From contig MCFE01000155.1 of the NCBI GenBank assembly GCA_002104905.1, positions 87,762 through 151,761 of the forward strand: a stretch of 64,000 nt of DNA, read 5' to 3'. This document shows positions 36,301 to 50,366 of this stretch, one piece after another. The first letter of the stretch is position 1; each line of letters starts with the position of its first letter. The position numbers and the translations under genes are program-made. The notes under the pieces are model-generated. The model ran no database searches, was not told the DNA's origin, and saw only the letters and a list, made by a program, of their open reading frames with translations. This DNA is from Basidiobolus meristosporus CBS 931.73 (lineage: Eukaryota > Fungi > Basidiobolomycota).

Positions 36301-39300
36301 TCCTCCCCTTGGCGTACGAAATGTAATGGTGCCCTATGCTTTGGCTCGAGTGGAATACTCACGGAAGAACCGGGCTCTCTCAATAGAATTTTCTCCTTCA
36401 TGTTGTTCTTGAGTATAAATCGAGGCGTGAAGGTGATGATCCTTGTTAACCGATATTTTCCTCTTCCCTGGTCAGCGCTCATCCCCAGGTGGAATTCATC
36501 CAAGCGCGCGGACATAGGTATAATGGTGGATGTCTCGCTACCTATCGCCTCAAAGCTAATCGGCTTTGTCCACTCCGAGTCAGCGATCTTAATGGACGCT
36601 CTGTTCTGAGATTGGGAAAGATATGGCGAATACAAGTATGGGAGCTGCTTATTGCCCAGCGAAGCATCCTCATCTCTTGCATATACAGTGTTCACCTCAT
36701 TGCTACTTGTTTTCAAATACATATCGAGACCGGTCTTGTTGATTATCAAGAAGGGACTGTAGATCGAAAAGCGGCAAGCTCCACCGGACTCCGGAATTTC
36801 AAAGTAGCTGATCCGAAGATTGAGCTTGACCCCCTCTGGATTAGTCAGTGAAATCGTATCTTGTACTGGCGCATTTACTGGGTCATTGGTGCTGATTGTG
36901 ACAAAGTCGCTGTATGCAAACCCAGCGTCACCAATCTCCACATTCAGGCACAGGAGGCTACCTAGCTGGAATGTATGCATAGCGCGTATATCGCCTCTCT
37001 TGAGAGAGCCGTTTACAGAAAGGTCATTGGATCTATCAACGATATTATAGTTGAAATCGTACGGCAGCAGGTTCTCGATCTCTAAGGGTGCGCTGATCTT
37101 CAGCGTCATGCACGGATAGAGCAAAACAAGCGGGTCCTTACGATCGTATTTGGCATATACTTGGAACCGAAGGCTGTTGGAGGCTTCGGAAGATTCGCAT
37201 GTAATGGTATTTGGAAAATTCTCGGTTAGAAATTCTCGCCAATAGATGTAGCTCGTGCTCCAGTCATAATTCTCCTCGGTTTTAGGCCGGACTTTAATGG
37301 CATTCTTAAAGCCCATAATCAAATTGACAGGATAGTCTTCCCCCGGAGCTAGATGGGTTGGGTTGGAGCGTAAATAAATACACGCAGAACTCCATCACAT
37401 ACTGTACTTACGGATAGTGGCTGATTCGGTGAGAGTTTCGCTTCTGTAATCCACCATGACCATCTCTAAGGGTACCGGCGTGGAGTTTGATATCATCAAA
37501 GGTGACCTAAATGTTACGATTTTGGTGCTATCTTTCAACTTTACCTCACACACCAGTCGATGGGAAACACTCTCCATCTTTGGCCGTAATACATAGAAGT
37601 GGGTGCCCTCAGTGTCTACTGGGATATCTTTGACGCTCTCCAATGGAAGCGTCTCAAATTGTAAGCCTAGCCGATTTCGGGCCACTGAGGTGTTCTCTCG
37701 GGTTTTTCTCCAGTCATCAAACCTCCATGGAAGATCATGTCCATCGGCCAGCTTCTGAACGACCGTAGATGTGTTATCTCCAGTCGACTCTGCCCATACA
37801 TACAGATTGAATCCAGTACGGTTCCTTAATAGATATGGGATGACAACTCCACGCGCGACGTTCAGGGTGTTTTCTCCTGGCTGGTTCATTCGAGCAACCA
37901 GACTCAATGTCGTCTCCAGAAATGAGTGAGCAATGTTAAGATCAAATTGCCGTTTGGACTCGAAGTTCATTTGAGTCGTTGCGGGGGCCAGCGGCCTATC
38001 AATCTTGATGCTGAACTGCCATGGTTCTACCAAAGGCTCCCAATGCGAGTTTTTGATATTGAACATGTTTGCAAGCATTTGGATATCGGTCGATACAATT
38101 AACTAATGGGCGGTCCTGTTGTTAGTAACCATCGTAGAGATAGAGTTGCTACATAGACTACCTGTGAAGACCAATCCTTGACTTCTACCACGAATTTCTG
38201 CAGCTGTATGTCTATAATTGGCAAGTCATCCAAATCTCGAATGAATATAATCTCAACCTTATTGAAGGTTAGCTTCATATTCTCTCGAGAAAATATTCTA
38301 TTCAGCTGTGATTGCAGTTGAGATTGGACTCGAAGCGAATCCCGGTGCGTCTCCCGCCTCTTTCCTACCCTTTTAAGGGAGGCATCGTCTCTCCTGGCCC
38401 CCTTTCTTGACCTACCTCGTTCCAATGAAGCTTGTGGTTCCGGCGGGTTGACGTGATTAAGCAGTTCTGTCACTTTGCTCAAGATATTGGAAAAGAGCAG
38501 AGCATCTCTGTACGATATGCGGATAATTACCGGAAATACTTCAGTATGAATATTTGTCAGTGTGTGGCTCATTTGAGTGAATCTACGATCCATTGACAGG
38601 ATCATATCGAAATTCTCGATAACACGTAGAGTGGTGTCTTCACGTTTATCCATGCGGCAAAGAAACAGTGCAATGGAATTCAAAGTAATGTTAATGGTCC
38701 CCTTTTGCCTTAGTGTGACGGATCTTATAGATAACACGATTGCCTCTGTTGACGGACTGTTTGCATCTGCTAACAGAATGATCTCCGGATCGATGATATG
38801 TATATTGTAAACAAGCTCATTCATCGAACTTCTTTGATCAGCTGGTGCTTCGTTAGCTGTTCGAGGTAATTCCTCGTTGGGAGTAGCATCTTGGGGCATC
38901 TCCGGATGCTGAAAGGCACTCATAAAAAAGTCACGTATACCAAACAGCTGATCCAGAACCAATGTTACCTTCGGGCTGTCAATAGACACCGATGCCTCAA
39001 CGGCTCCTGAGGGCTTAGTCCGGATGTTCACACTAAACTGAGGGCTGGTTTTATCGATGATCGGAACGATTTCCTTGTATACATTCCCAGTCTCCGGCCT
39101 GGTATCGACAATGACCATCGAATGTATCCTCAGATCCGCTTGCATGGCTCCATTAGTTAGCATTTGGAAATGATGTTCGAAGTTATTCAGCGAAAAGCTG
39201 CATAGACTGGTGTTGATCGGCATATTTGATTTCGAACTTTCTTCGGCAAAAATCTCAAGATACACAGTTTTCATGATAAGACGAAGATCTATCAGTGTCC

Positions 39301-42300
39301 AAAAATCTATTGCAACCGCTCCTCTTCTAATCGGCAATGTAGTCTTGGTGTAGGTAGTGCTGGGCTCGACTTTGGTATTCCTGGACAGCGTACCAGCATC
39401 ACTGTCACGTAACTCCTTCGAGCCGCTGAACGTCCTGGAGACCGAGTTCGCAATCTCCAACAGGAGTAAATACTGGGCCTGAGTGAGACTCATCTTGATA
39501 TCTGATATCGTGCCTGTAGCCTAAAGAGAGGTTAGCATCGTATAGTAGGCAGCATGTAGTCAATATCTTCACCTCGGTATCAGGCCTCTTCGAGTTTTTG
39601 ATATGTTCACCGTAGACTATGTTCAACTCGATGTCCACATCGTCAATGATTTGGAGGACCTGATGTGGTGCGTTGGGAAAATAAAAGGAGGAAGTTAATC
39701 GAATATCCTTGATACGGAATCGGATGTTATCCAGGGACTTGTCTTTGGAATCGGGGTGACTTGTAAAGGTATTCGTCATGGAGATTTCACCCAGGTTTAT
39801 ATTGAGCGTATCTTTTGAATTCATTTTCTTTGGAAACACAACAATCGGAGTTCGGACGTCTATATCAATGTGCATCCTCGACATGCTGTTATGTAACTGT
39901 GCGGCCGATTCCGCTGCTGCTTGTCGGGCGGTTTCGAAGAGAACATGCATTTCGGCAAACTTGCTAGTGAACCTGAGAAGGTCCTGGATGGGCTTTTCCA
40001 TATAGGTCATTCGAACCGACCCAACTCTCAAGAATACTGAGGAATCATATCCGGGATAGCCAGTATCATCCATGGGGAATGTTTCGTAGCGAAATACGGC
40101 CAACTGATCACTATGGATCGTAAAAAGAGGGCGAAATGAATGAAGATTGCCCTCTTGCTTAACATCGTCAGTTACAGAGATATTCCCAAGCTTCGCCCCT
40201 ATTCGTAGTCCATTCTGCTTTAGAAGTAAGGCAACGTCACCGCGGAGTAGAGAAATCGTAGAGAGTCGGACGCCATCATCGTTAAGTATAAGGTTAATGC
40301 TGTTCATCTTCGCAATGATTCTCGTGGTGGACGGTGGAAGCTGGCCACCGGGTATAGCAGTTGGTTCCACCATCGCTTCAAGTTGGGGATTCCCATTCGG
40401 CCGAGGCTCAGAAACAAAGGTAGTCAGTAGAAAATCGTACAGTGTTAGAATGCTACGGCTAGTGATGATCACGTTGACCGAAGAAAAGCACAATTCCAGG
40501 CTTTGATCTATACTTTCGAACTTGGACATGTATTCGGGAGATTCTGGGCTGGCTTTCTTGTAAACAAGCTGGACTAATTGCTGCTGGCCATCGGCGCCCT
40601 CGATATCTGACGTGATAATGTGCTTGAAATTTGGGTTGGGACTGATACAATCGTCAATATACAAAGACTGGATGGTCACAGTAGCATTCATGTCATACGG
40701 TCGTTGTGTAAACACGAGGGCGAAGCGGTGTAGATGCATATCGGCTAAGGAGATTTCGGAGTAAGGTTGAAGACCGTCCGTTTTCCTGAGAGACATTGAC
40801 AGCTTCTCGATTTCAAAGGTAAATTCAATCAACTTCCGGTTGGGGAAATTCACGACAGAACTCTCGCCTTCATGCACTTCCTCCGCATCAAAGAACTCAT
40901 CGTCTCCATCATCGTCACGAAAAGTATGAACTTCACTATTTTCATTAGCGAAACTATGGTGCTCACTAGATGCTTCGGACAACAGGTCTACAGGTATCTC
41001 ATCAGGAAATGGTATCCCGATAACACTATGCCTATGAGCCTGATATCCAGCGGATCCTGCACCTGATTCGGGGATGTTCTCTTGTTTTGGGCCGGAGATG
41101 ACCTCCAAAAGGCGCATCATAGCCTTGTATTTTGTGTTGGAGATATTCACTTTTAGCAGAGGAAGTCGCCCAGAAACGCGGAGTCCAGTGATGTTTGGCG
41201 CCTTAGGGATGATAGACACATCCACAAGGAATGACATATTTATTCGATCCAATACTAAATAATCATCCTTATCCGCGAGGTTGATATCCTGAATCATCCT
41301 TAGGCAAGTGTCTATCGACTGTCCAACAAGTATCTGAAGTAAATACAAGGATGATGGGTGAAGTCAGTGGTTTGCAGATCGATACATGTGGAAACAACCA
41401 ACTCACCTGGACCGACGACATCTCAACTAGAAAGCGATCATAGAGCAGCTTTTCCAGCTTTGGGTTGTTTTCCAAACTGAAATTGGGCCCGAGCATTTCC
41501 TCCAGCTCTATCTTCTGCTCTTTGCTTACCAATTTACTTTGCACAGTAATATGCCCCGAATCGAATACGACGATCTGAGCATTCGGGTCGGTAGGACTAC
41601 AGAAGTCACGGTTAAATATGGGCAAGCTGAACGATCACGCTGGCTGCAATACCTTTCAGGGAAGATAAAGATCGGGGCATTGATGTCAATGCTCACATCC
41701 AGTGTCTTGTGCTCTTCCAGAGCATACTTTATACCAGCTCTCGTTTGCTGCGTTAGCCCGTCTAGTGTATTCCCGGCAGCTTCCTATATTATCTGTTGAG
41801 TGTCTGGCATGGAAATCAATCAAACCAACTATTCCTACCATAAGCGCAGTCATGGATTCCATCTGAGATACAGGCGGCTTAAAGAACTTAAGGATGGTTT
41901 CAATCGCATGTTGATTGTATATAACCTCCAAATATCTCATCTTGATTGAAAGGGCATCATCGGCTCGATTATCCATCGGGTTATGCTCGAAAACAAGCCG
42001 AAAAAAAGGATTCCTCTGGCTACTTTGTAACCCCATTGATTGCGGAATTTCGCTAAAGCACTGGTTGTCACTGAGAGATTCGTTGCTAACATCGTCTTCG
42101 GAATCATCGACTCTCATAAGAAGCGGATACAGCGTATCCTTCGTCGTTCCATCATATAGGTTTAGCCCGTGCAAAGAAATAGCACTTCTGAAAGAGTCAG
42201 GTCGATTGACGAATTCCATTGTGACTGTATCGAAGACCAGCGAGGCGATTGAATGGTTTTTACTGTGTGGAGACTCTTTAAGAGCCAGTGAACCGGTTTT

Positions 42301-44259
42301 GATTTGAGTTGTGAGAGATAATATCACGCATTCCTCGGAGATCTCGAATGCTGATTCAGGCTGTGATTCATCAAAGTCTATTGTTGCTAACAGCTCCTGT
42401 TTCTGCTCGCTTGTCAACACCTCGCTTTCTTCTTCAGCCTGTTTCTCACTTGACCAACCTCCAAACCAGCCTCCAAACCACCCTGCGGGTTGCTCCATTT
42501 GTTGCTGTCTAGCCAATAGGGCTTTCTCTTTTTTCATCAGTGACTTGGACAGAAATCGATACATCCTAATGTCTTCGAATGACAGATCCCATTCTATATC
42601 ATGGAACTTTACTTCATCTTCGGGCGCCAGTCGATTCAGTTTGAAATCAACGTAGAGCCTCACGTAAGTCCTTCTTTGCTCGCACCTCTGGGCAAAATAT
42701 GACCATGTCCATCGGCGGTTCCGCTCTTTGATTTCAGATAGAACACATCTGATAGCATACTGGAACCAAGCCCTAGGATTATCTTTAGGAAGGACGTGTC
42801 TTGGCGGAGAGTATTTTCTATACATTTTCTGGCGTGCCGAATATTCAACCAGATCGGCAACAAGAAGGATGTCCTGGTACTGCTCGTTGTCCAAGGTAAA
42901 TCCAAATTCCTCGAAGAGCAAAAGTGCTATGTTCTTGGGAACATCCTCGCTGAAAGTTTTGTTCAGCATCAACTACGAGATCAATAGCAATTAGAATACA
43001 TCCTCGCTCCGGAACTGGACTTGGAAACTACTTCTACCCGTCCAACACCACTCACTGGCTTCAAAATGAACTGGTGGCTCAATTTTTGATTTTTGTCGGA
43101 AGTGATCTGAGTGGATGCTGCAGTTAGATATACCAAAGTCGACATGCCTAGTACTACAAACTGACCATCTTTGTGAATGCCTCAATAAGCTCTGGGTACG
43201 ATTTACCCGCAAAGGTTTCGATTCTTGTGTTCCAGTAGACAGTCAGAGACTCTAGTTTTAGGAGCTAATGGCGCGATGGTGAAAAGCACATCCTTTGTGA
43301 AATGTCGTGTATCAACCTACACACCTTGTGAATTTTGTCGAACGATTGATCTACAAACACCTCCTGCCAGTCCGCATTCGTTGAAACTGCTGAAAGCTCC
43401 GAGAGAGTCATTCCGAAAGCAAACGGGCGCTGAGCACTCGTAGTGTTAGTAACGTTGACCACGCACCAACTGAAATCATGCCTTACCTTGGGATTGCTGG
43501 TTTTATCCTCGTATCGTATATGTATATTGTTGATTGATACTTGCAGGTTGTCCACAATTTTTGTCACCAGTTGCATGGTAAACGACATAGATTTGAAGTC
43601 TTCTAGCTCAAGTGAAGGTTGCAATCATTTAGTTTCTCACTTGACAAGCGCAACGTGGAGATTCTACGGATACCTGCCGGATTCGCCTTCCTGGATTGAG
43701 CTTGCAAGTCTTCGTAAGAAGTTAGTCGTTGCTGCTTCAGTGCCTGTTCTCTTTCTTCCTCCTCCTCGGGATCATACTGGGCTTGAATTAATGCGAGATG
43801 CGTGCTACCAGATCTTTTGTTTGATATTTTACCGTGTCCTCTCCTTTGGGTACTGCCAGCAAATAAACGTTATTTATAAACACACGGACAGGTTGGTTTT
43901 TCAAATTTTTCCAAGGGATTTTCAGGGTCAATTCTCCTAGGTAGCCTAGAAGTATAATGTTCGTTATGCCATCCGAAACTAGCGACCGAATAAGCCACAC
44001 TAAAGCTCTTCTACCAGTTACCTTCTAATACATTTACAGGTAGGTTGAATTTATCCAAGGCCTCCTTTTTTAGCCTTAATCCTCTTAACACAACATCCCC
44101 TTGAGAATTCTCCAAACATTAACACCAGGCTTGTTGACGCGTAACTCTACAAAGTAATCTACCTTGCCAAATTCCAATACCCAGTTGGGCCGTTTCCAGA
44201 TTAGTCACATAACTTCCCAAAAATTTGTTTAAAATGTTTGCGACGATGGTCTCAAACAT
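33357..44259 (-). CDS. VPS13: Vacuolar protein sorting 13 bridge-like lipid transfer protein (multi-exon, ~10.9 kb)
   Basis: Chorein-N start [62 protein letters not shown] and WLQIDNQ. The C-terminal ATG2_C-like region includes [11 protein letters not shown]. Confidence 0.97.
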
Positions 44260-46625
44260 TTGGCTTGAAAGGAAGTAGAATGCGACAACGCTCTTCCTTA
44301 GACTAGTTAAATAACTTGGGTACCCAAAAGAATGGACGCACTGTTTTCGAAGATACTCTACAGTAGTAATTGATCTAGCATTTACCTACACACCTGACTA
44401 TTTGTTGACCGGAATATTTGTGTACCATAGGTTTCATTCACCCTTTCTCCTGCTAATGCGAGAAAGGCCAATCTGAACTTCAATATAGTACGAATCGCCA
44501 TATAAAGCAATGCACACCTGTATTATATCCAAGCCACTCCCCTTAATTACACTCAATCATATGAGCAATTTCCAAATTATGTTGGCCTAATAAATGCAAT
44601 ATAATAGCATATCACCATTAAACTACCAGCAACCAAGCAGTGCCCTGCTCTTGCACCACGACTGGCTCGGAAAATGCAGCGGCCCATCCCTACTTGTTGG
44701 CCCCCTTCCCCCTGTGTATTGACTTGGAAGGTTAAAGAACGTTAGCACATGATATGGAGAATGTAAGATTTTATCGCACAGTGGATGAGGCTTCGGTGTC
44801 TCATATTTCTATCGGTTCTCTACACAAGAGCTGAGACTGTAATATTGAGATCCAGGTGTATCCTGAAGCTGTACAGCTTCCAAGTCGAAACCAAGCTAAT
44901 CCGAAATCTCTGGCTATCTGACATTTTGGTGTCGATCCATCGCCATGGGAAGGCAGCTAAGCTCTCATGTTCTTGGCGTAGATCAACTTTCACCAGAATC
45001 CAGCGATGGTGACGTCAAGTCCACCTGTGGGCCTTTCGATACCATTGATGCTAGTGACTGCATGTCGGTATTTGTTGTGAACAAAGTGCTCTGAATGCGG
45101 ATTCTTAAATAGCCCTAGACCAGCATAGAGAACTCACTGATATACCATATATAAACAGCCACAGTCTCTACCTAGCCCATTGGTTCTGTTGCTCTCACAG
45201 AGGTCGTCAGGTGGAAATGATCCTTGATTATTTGTTACTACAGTTTCCCAGATCAATCTGCCTTTGATTAGGTTGGCACCTGGATGCGATAAGCCACTGA
45301 GGCTGAAAAAAATATCACATTTAACACTGAGATGATATTGATGAGATGTCACCTTGATGCGCCGGATTATGCATGCAATACCTTGTCATGGTAACAGAAG
45401 GGGTAAGCCCTAACCCTATTGTTTTCCGTAAAGCACACCCAAAAACCGGATTCAAATAGAAGTACAACCGCACTCGAGAAAACCAATTGGTCCAGCGAAC
45501 AAAACACACTAGGGCAAACCTCATTGGTGTACACGAGTCGTTGTAAAACCTTATTGGATGATGCTTCCAGTTTCGGATGGTAGCAACACTGAGATTCCTC
45601 CGATGATAACATCAAGATAGAAACTCATTTAATCAGTGATTTGTAAGCAACGGGATCTATCGGGTACCTCGAGCACACAAATAGGTGCGGATCTAACCGC
45701 TAGCTTTGACAGAGTCGTTTGGATATAAAGGGCAAATGAACGTTTCCCCAGAAAATTTGACACGGCGAATGACCTGTTTAAGAAACCGAGTTGAATGTCG
45801 GTTCCGTTACACAAACTTCATGGCGACCATCCGCTAATGGATGTTGGATTTTTCCGACTGCCGGCATTACTAATGCTGGTCAGAATCTCGCTCACAAAGC
45901 ATTCCATCACACGGCTAAAACTCCTGTTGCACACAAATCACGTCATGTATCATTCGAAAAACGGGGTCTTGAGGCATTCAAGTATTCAGCGTATTTTTTT
46001 ATTTACAATAGTCCGGTGGGTAATGAGATAGTGTAATATCGTTGCGGGCATGACATTGTTGCCTTTTGGTGTAATATCCAAGAGTGCCGTTTAGAGAGGG
46101 GGAAATGAAAGCATTGGCTTGGCCGACTGGGGAAACTAAACGAAGTATAACCCCCCTCCCCAAACGACAAGGATCTACCACAGCCTCGGTCTTGTTTATC
46201 ATGTGTTGACTTGTGAAGAGTCAATGATAAGCTCGATAAGATCCGTAGTATTTTGAAGTTCCCGGTTGACCTGCTATATGTTTGGGAACAGGCAACGGTG
46301 GGAACCATCAGTTGAGAGGCGTATTATAGGAACGACCAAGGGAATGAAGTATTAAGTCGACATAACCACTGTGAAGATGCTCCTTCTTTTTCGCCAGCAG
46401 TTCTGAAATAAGCATTGGCTATCGCAGATTTTACAGAAAATGCAGGAAGCTGAGTGATGGCGTGCAAGATAATATATATAGTAGCGATGGGTAAAGATTG
46501 AAAATTCAAACCCACCGAAGAAAATGTGAAAAAATCGTCAAATCAGTTCGATTAAGGGTGCATTTGAGAAATAAGGGTTATCAGCCAGCACTAAGCGAGA
46601 CACCGTTCATACATCTGTAGAAGCG

Positions 46626-47588
46626 CTAAGGAACTACAGGTCCCTCAGGGGAGCTAGTATTTGAAACAGGGCTCATCGGCTGTATATCTTGAGAAAATGA
46701 TTGAAATGAATCAAGTGTCCGCATAGCCGAATCCGTGCTCTTCACTTGTATAGAACTCCAAGGTATTGTGTCTTGTATGAGCAGTGGAGTAGGCATCCGG
46801 AGGGGGGTATTATATATAGAGGATTTATCTGGAGTGCAATGGCTATTTACGTGGACTTTTTTTGAATGATTGGGGCGACGAGGATGTGAAGCGCTGCTAT
46901 ATGGAGAATAACGGTTACTTCGTCGCATGGACTGTGAAAGGTGACAAAATACTTCCTGGCAGGAAGCAACTAAGGACGGTCGAGACTCAGTATTACATAT
47001 GTAACAACTCAACAGAGTGGTCCATCGCGTGAAGGCAGCCATAGGCACGAAAAGGTTGTAGTCAATGAGCTTCAGGAATGCCAACTCTATCAAGTTCATC
47101 TCAACCAGCGGTGTCTTCGTAAGCTTGGCCCATATGCAATTCTTGGGATATTTATCGAAAAGAAATTTCCCAGCAACCATCAGCGCAGCTATGAACATAC
47201 GACGGCCGCATTTTGCAAAATTAGGTGAGCCACCTCCCCCCTCATATTTACCAGCTATCTTAATCCGAAGTAGATACATCAAAGCAATCTGTAAGGTGAC
47301 GATGGACACTCTGGATTCTCGGAGAGTCTGTACGAGGAAAGGCTTCAACGGAGTTAAAATAATTGATTGACATATCGAGTGACTAGGCCATATCGATTCG
47401 ATAACAGAGGCGGCCGCGTCTGTGAATTAATAAGGCCGTCAAAGAATGGCTAGTGTAAGTAAGTCTCGGTTGTCGTATGGAGCATAGATGACAAAGGCGG
47501 GCCACGAACCGATTAAACCATTTGAGATTTTCTTGCGAAAAGGTGGTGCTATAGGCCCTCTTGAGTTCTGGAGCGAAGCTGCATCCAT
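46626..47588 (-). CDS. Pho85-type cyclin (Pcl5/Clg1-like), two exons, ~290 aa
   Basis: Exons 47588-47510 and 47419-46626 total 873 nt. Motifs: DAAASVIESIWP, PFLVQTLRESRVSIVTLQIALMYL, CGRRMFIAALMVAGKF and EMNLIELAFLKLIDYNL. Confidence 0.85.
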
Positions 47589-49612
47589 TCGCAACAAAGG
47601 GCTGACTGTTCACTATCTAAATGGGACAAGGGATGAGAAATACAACGACGGCGTGAAGAAGGAGATCGCTAGCTAAAGATATTGATATGGGGCAAACGTT
47701 CATCCATGAAGAAAAGGTTCAACCATCAAGAACGCAGTTGAAATATTTTGACCATGAAGCAGTAAAATCAAGTTTCCCACCTATTGGTTTAAGGATCAAG
47801 TTGTAAGCCAGATGAAAGCATATAATAATGAGGGTCTGTTTGTGGATTGGCTGAAGATGCTTCTTAATAAATCTCGAGAAGAAAATCCCCTCCACCTACT
47901 TTTGGAACAGTGGGGATGCAAGCGATTGATGACTAATGGATTCTTCTCATTGCTTGCTGGCCAATCCAGGCAACCAGTCAATCAAGGTATTTCTAGACTC
48001 CGATTACTAATAGATTAACAACCATATTGATGAATGATGAGCATTGACGGATCGCACACTGGTGTTCTTAGATCGAAAACCTCCGACCAAATATGGGCAT
48101 ATTTAGCGAGCCCAATGGCATTCGCATCTAGCCTTGGCTAAAATACGCTAGTGTGGTTGATGGAGGTGCAATTGCTCAACTGGACACACAGCCGACATTT
48201 GGGGCAGAGTACATATATTCACGGGCATCTCCTTAGTGGCTAGGGGTACGAATACGATGAATTCTGTGGAGAATACCGTGATGATACCATTCCGTCACTG
48301 GACAGATTGATGCAAAACGGTCCGAAGATTACTATATGGGGTGCAACACTCTAGGATAATTTGGTTCAAAGCGGAGCAATCATGAGGCCCGGTGGGGTTT
48401 GCTCGCGTCAGACTATGGACATGCTCTTGGGTGTCTCCATATATTCCTATCATATTTTAATTACGTTGGAGAGAGTAGTGACTTGGTTCTCGGATTGTTA
48501 ATTTCCAATGACAATTGCTAAATCTAATGGCGCATGCCTATATCTCTATATCATATCGAGTCTGCAAGATGAGTGCGCAAACTTTAAATGGCAGTCATGG
48601 GAAAAAATTTCTGCTAACTCCAAATGACCTATTTGCGTCGAGAGCGAGTGAATTATGAGGCATAGCCAGAGGCTGATTTCTGGAATGATTGCTATTCAGC
48701 CAATGCAAGCCCTAAAGCCGAAGGTGCGCACTTAATGACGATTGCTATGATAGTTCCAGTGCAACCGAATCCAGTTCTGCATCAACAAGATGCATTCGTC
48801 CACCAAGTAATGTGCAGTTCATCCCCAAGAAGATAATGAGCCACTAATCCTTGTGGTAAAGCAGCAGGCATACAAGCAGGTTTGCGCCCTTGCTAAGCAC
48901 CACCACCGGTAATTATTACCTACACGATGGTTTAGCCAGATTAGCCCGTTTTAAGACAGAGATCTGGCCATCATTGAATCCATCCAATTCTAGAGAGTTT
49001 GGCGGAAGAAACCCCTAGCGCTGGCATGTTTCGGTTTGTTAGACATTAGTAAGCGGATACTTGATTCTACTATGCCGGGTTTGCATAGATCCTGGATCTG
49101 TCAATCTGGCGGATTCGTTGATATCTCCACCCAATTTTGGTTTGTCCCATTAGCCTTGGTTCAGGGCTTCCTGTTACCGCCACCCACTCTTGGAGGGCTT
49201 TGGGTGCTCATCAAGACAGTCTGCATTTTCAGCGCTTGCAATAATTTTGGATAATTCGATAGTGCCTCCATGAGCCAATAGAAATCACTGCATCGAAAGA
49301 ATCACTGAGATTTCAAAATTTTCAGTAGATTCATGGCAAGGATAGATGAAATCATGCCTTAAATCTTTGAGAGGGTCATCCGGAAGATTCCTCTTTCCTA
49401 TCGTAACTCGGAGTTCGTTTGCTTTAGAAAGGTCAGTAAATTTCAAGGTTATCACAAGATTGGTCAATTAAGTCAAATCCGGTCCCACTAGATACAATTA
49501 CACCCTCATCCAACCCTTCCCATGATGCATCCATACCACATTAGTATACATATCTGACTTTAGTCTTGTTTATTAACACCGGTTAATTCTTTGGTATAGT
49601 TACCTTGCAAAT

Positions 49613-50059
49613 ATGCTTATCCCCAAGCAGAACAGAAAACTTATCTATGAGAGCCTCTTCAAGGAGGGTGTGATGGTCGCTAAGAAGGACTTCAACGCCC
49701 CCAAGCACGACGAACTCGATGTACCTAACCTTCAGGTCATCAAGGCTCTTCAATCTCTTAACTCCCGTGGTTATGTCAAAACTCAATTCTCGTGGCAACA
49801 TTACTATTACTTCCTCACCAACGAAGGTATTGAGTACCTCCGCGAATTCCTTCACCTACCCGCTGAGATCGTTCCTGCCACTATGAAGAAGTCTGCCAGA
49901 CCTGTTGGCATTCGTCCTCGCCAAGAGGGTGATCGTCCATTCCGTGGTCCTCGTGGTGACCGTGAGGGTTATAGACGCCGCGACGATGGCTCCAAGAAGG
50001 AAGGTGCTTCAGGTGATTTCAGACCCGAGTTCCGTGGTGGTGCTCGTCGTCAAGAATAA
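49613..50059 (+). CDS. RPS10: 40S ribosomal protein S10 (eS10)
   Basis: [28 protein letters not shown]...[44 protein letters not shown]; intronless. Confidence 0.98.
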   Translation: MLIPKQNRKLIYESLFKEGVMVAKKDFNAPKHDELDVPNLQVIKALQSLNSRGYVKTQFSWQHYYYFLTNEGIEYLREFLHLPAEIVPATMKKSARPVGIRPRQEGDRPFRGPRGDREGYRRRDDGSKKEGASGDFRPEFRGGARRQE

Positions 50060-50366
50060 GCTTTTGTGTTTATATTCCACATTTTCTCAGAATAAATATC
50101 CACGAACCTTTCATTCAACCCTGGCCTGGCTATTTACTCGGTTATAAAGTAGTATCTCCAAAACTCGACCTACAGCTGGGGTAGAAATGAATCACCTCAC
50201 GCAGGAATATCGTCATTCATCCTAATTTCGAAATGCTTTATATTTCCCACACATAATTGGCAGAATATATATACAAGGGATTCTAGTAGAATCCAGTAGA
50301 CCGTGATTTTATTGTGCGGGTACCTGTGGCCTTGGTTAGAATCGTTTTAAGCCATAATTCTTTGAC

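Noticed and set aside
44840-44920. Minus-strand CQIARDFGLAW resembling a kinase DFG motif
   Set aside because: An isolated match with no HRD or other subdomain at the right spacing.
49613-50059. Intronless RPS10 as a possible retrocopy
   Set aside because: The ORF is intact, with no poly(A) remnant or target-site duplication. Lack of introns alone is not evidence.
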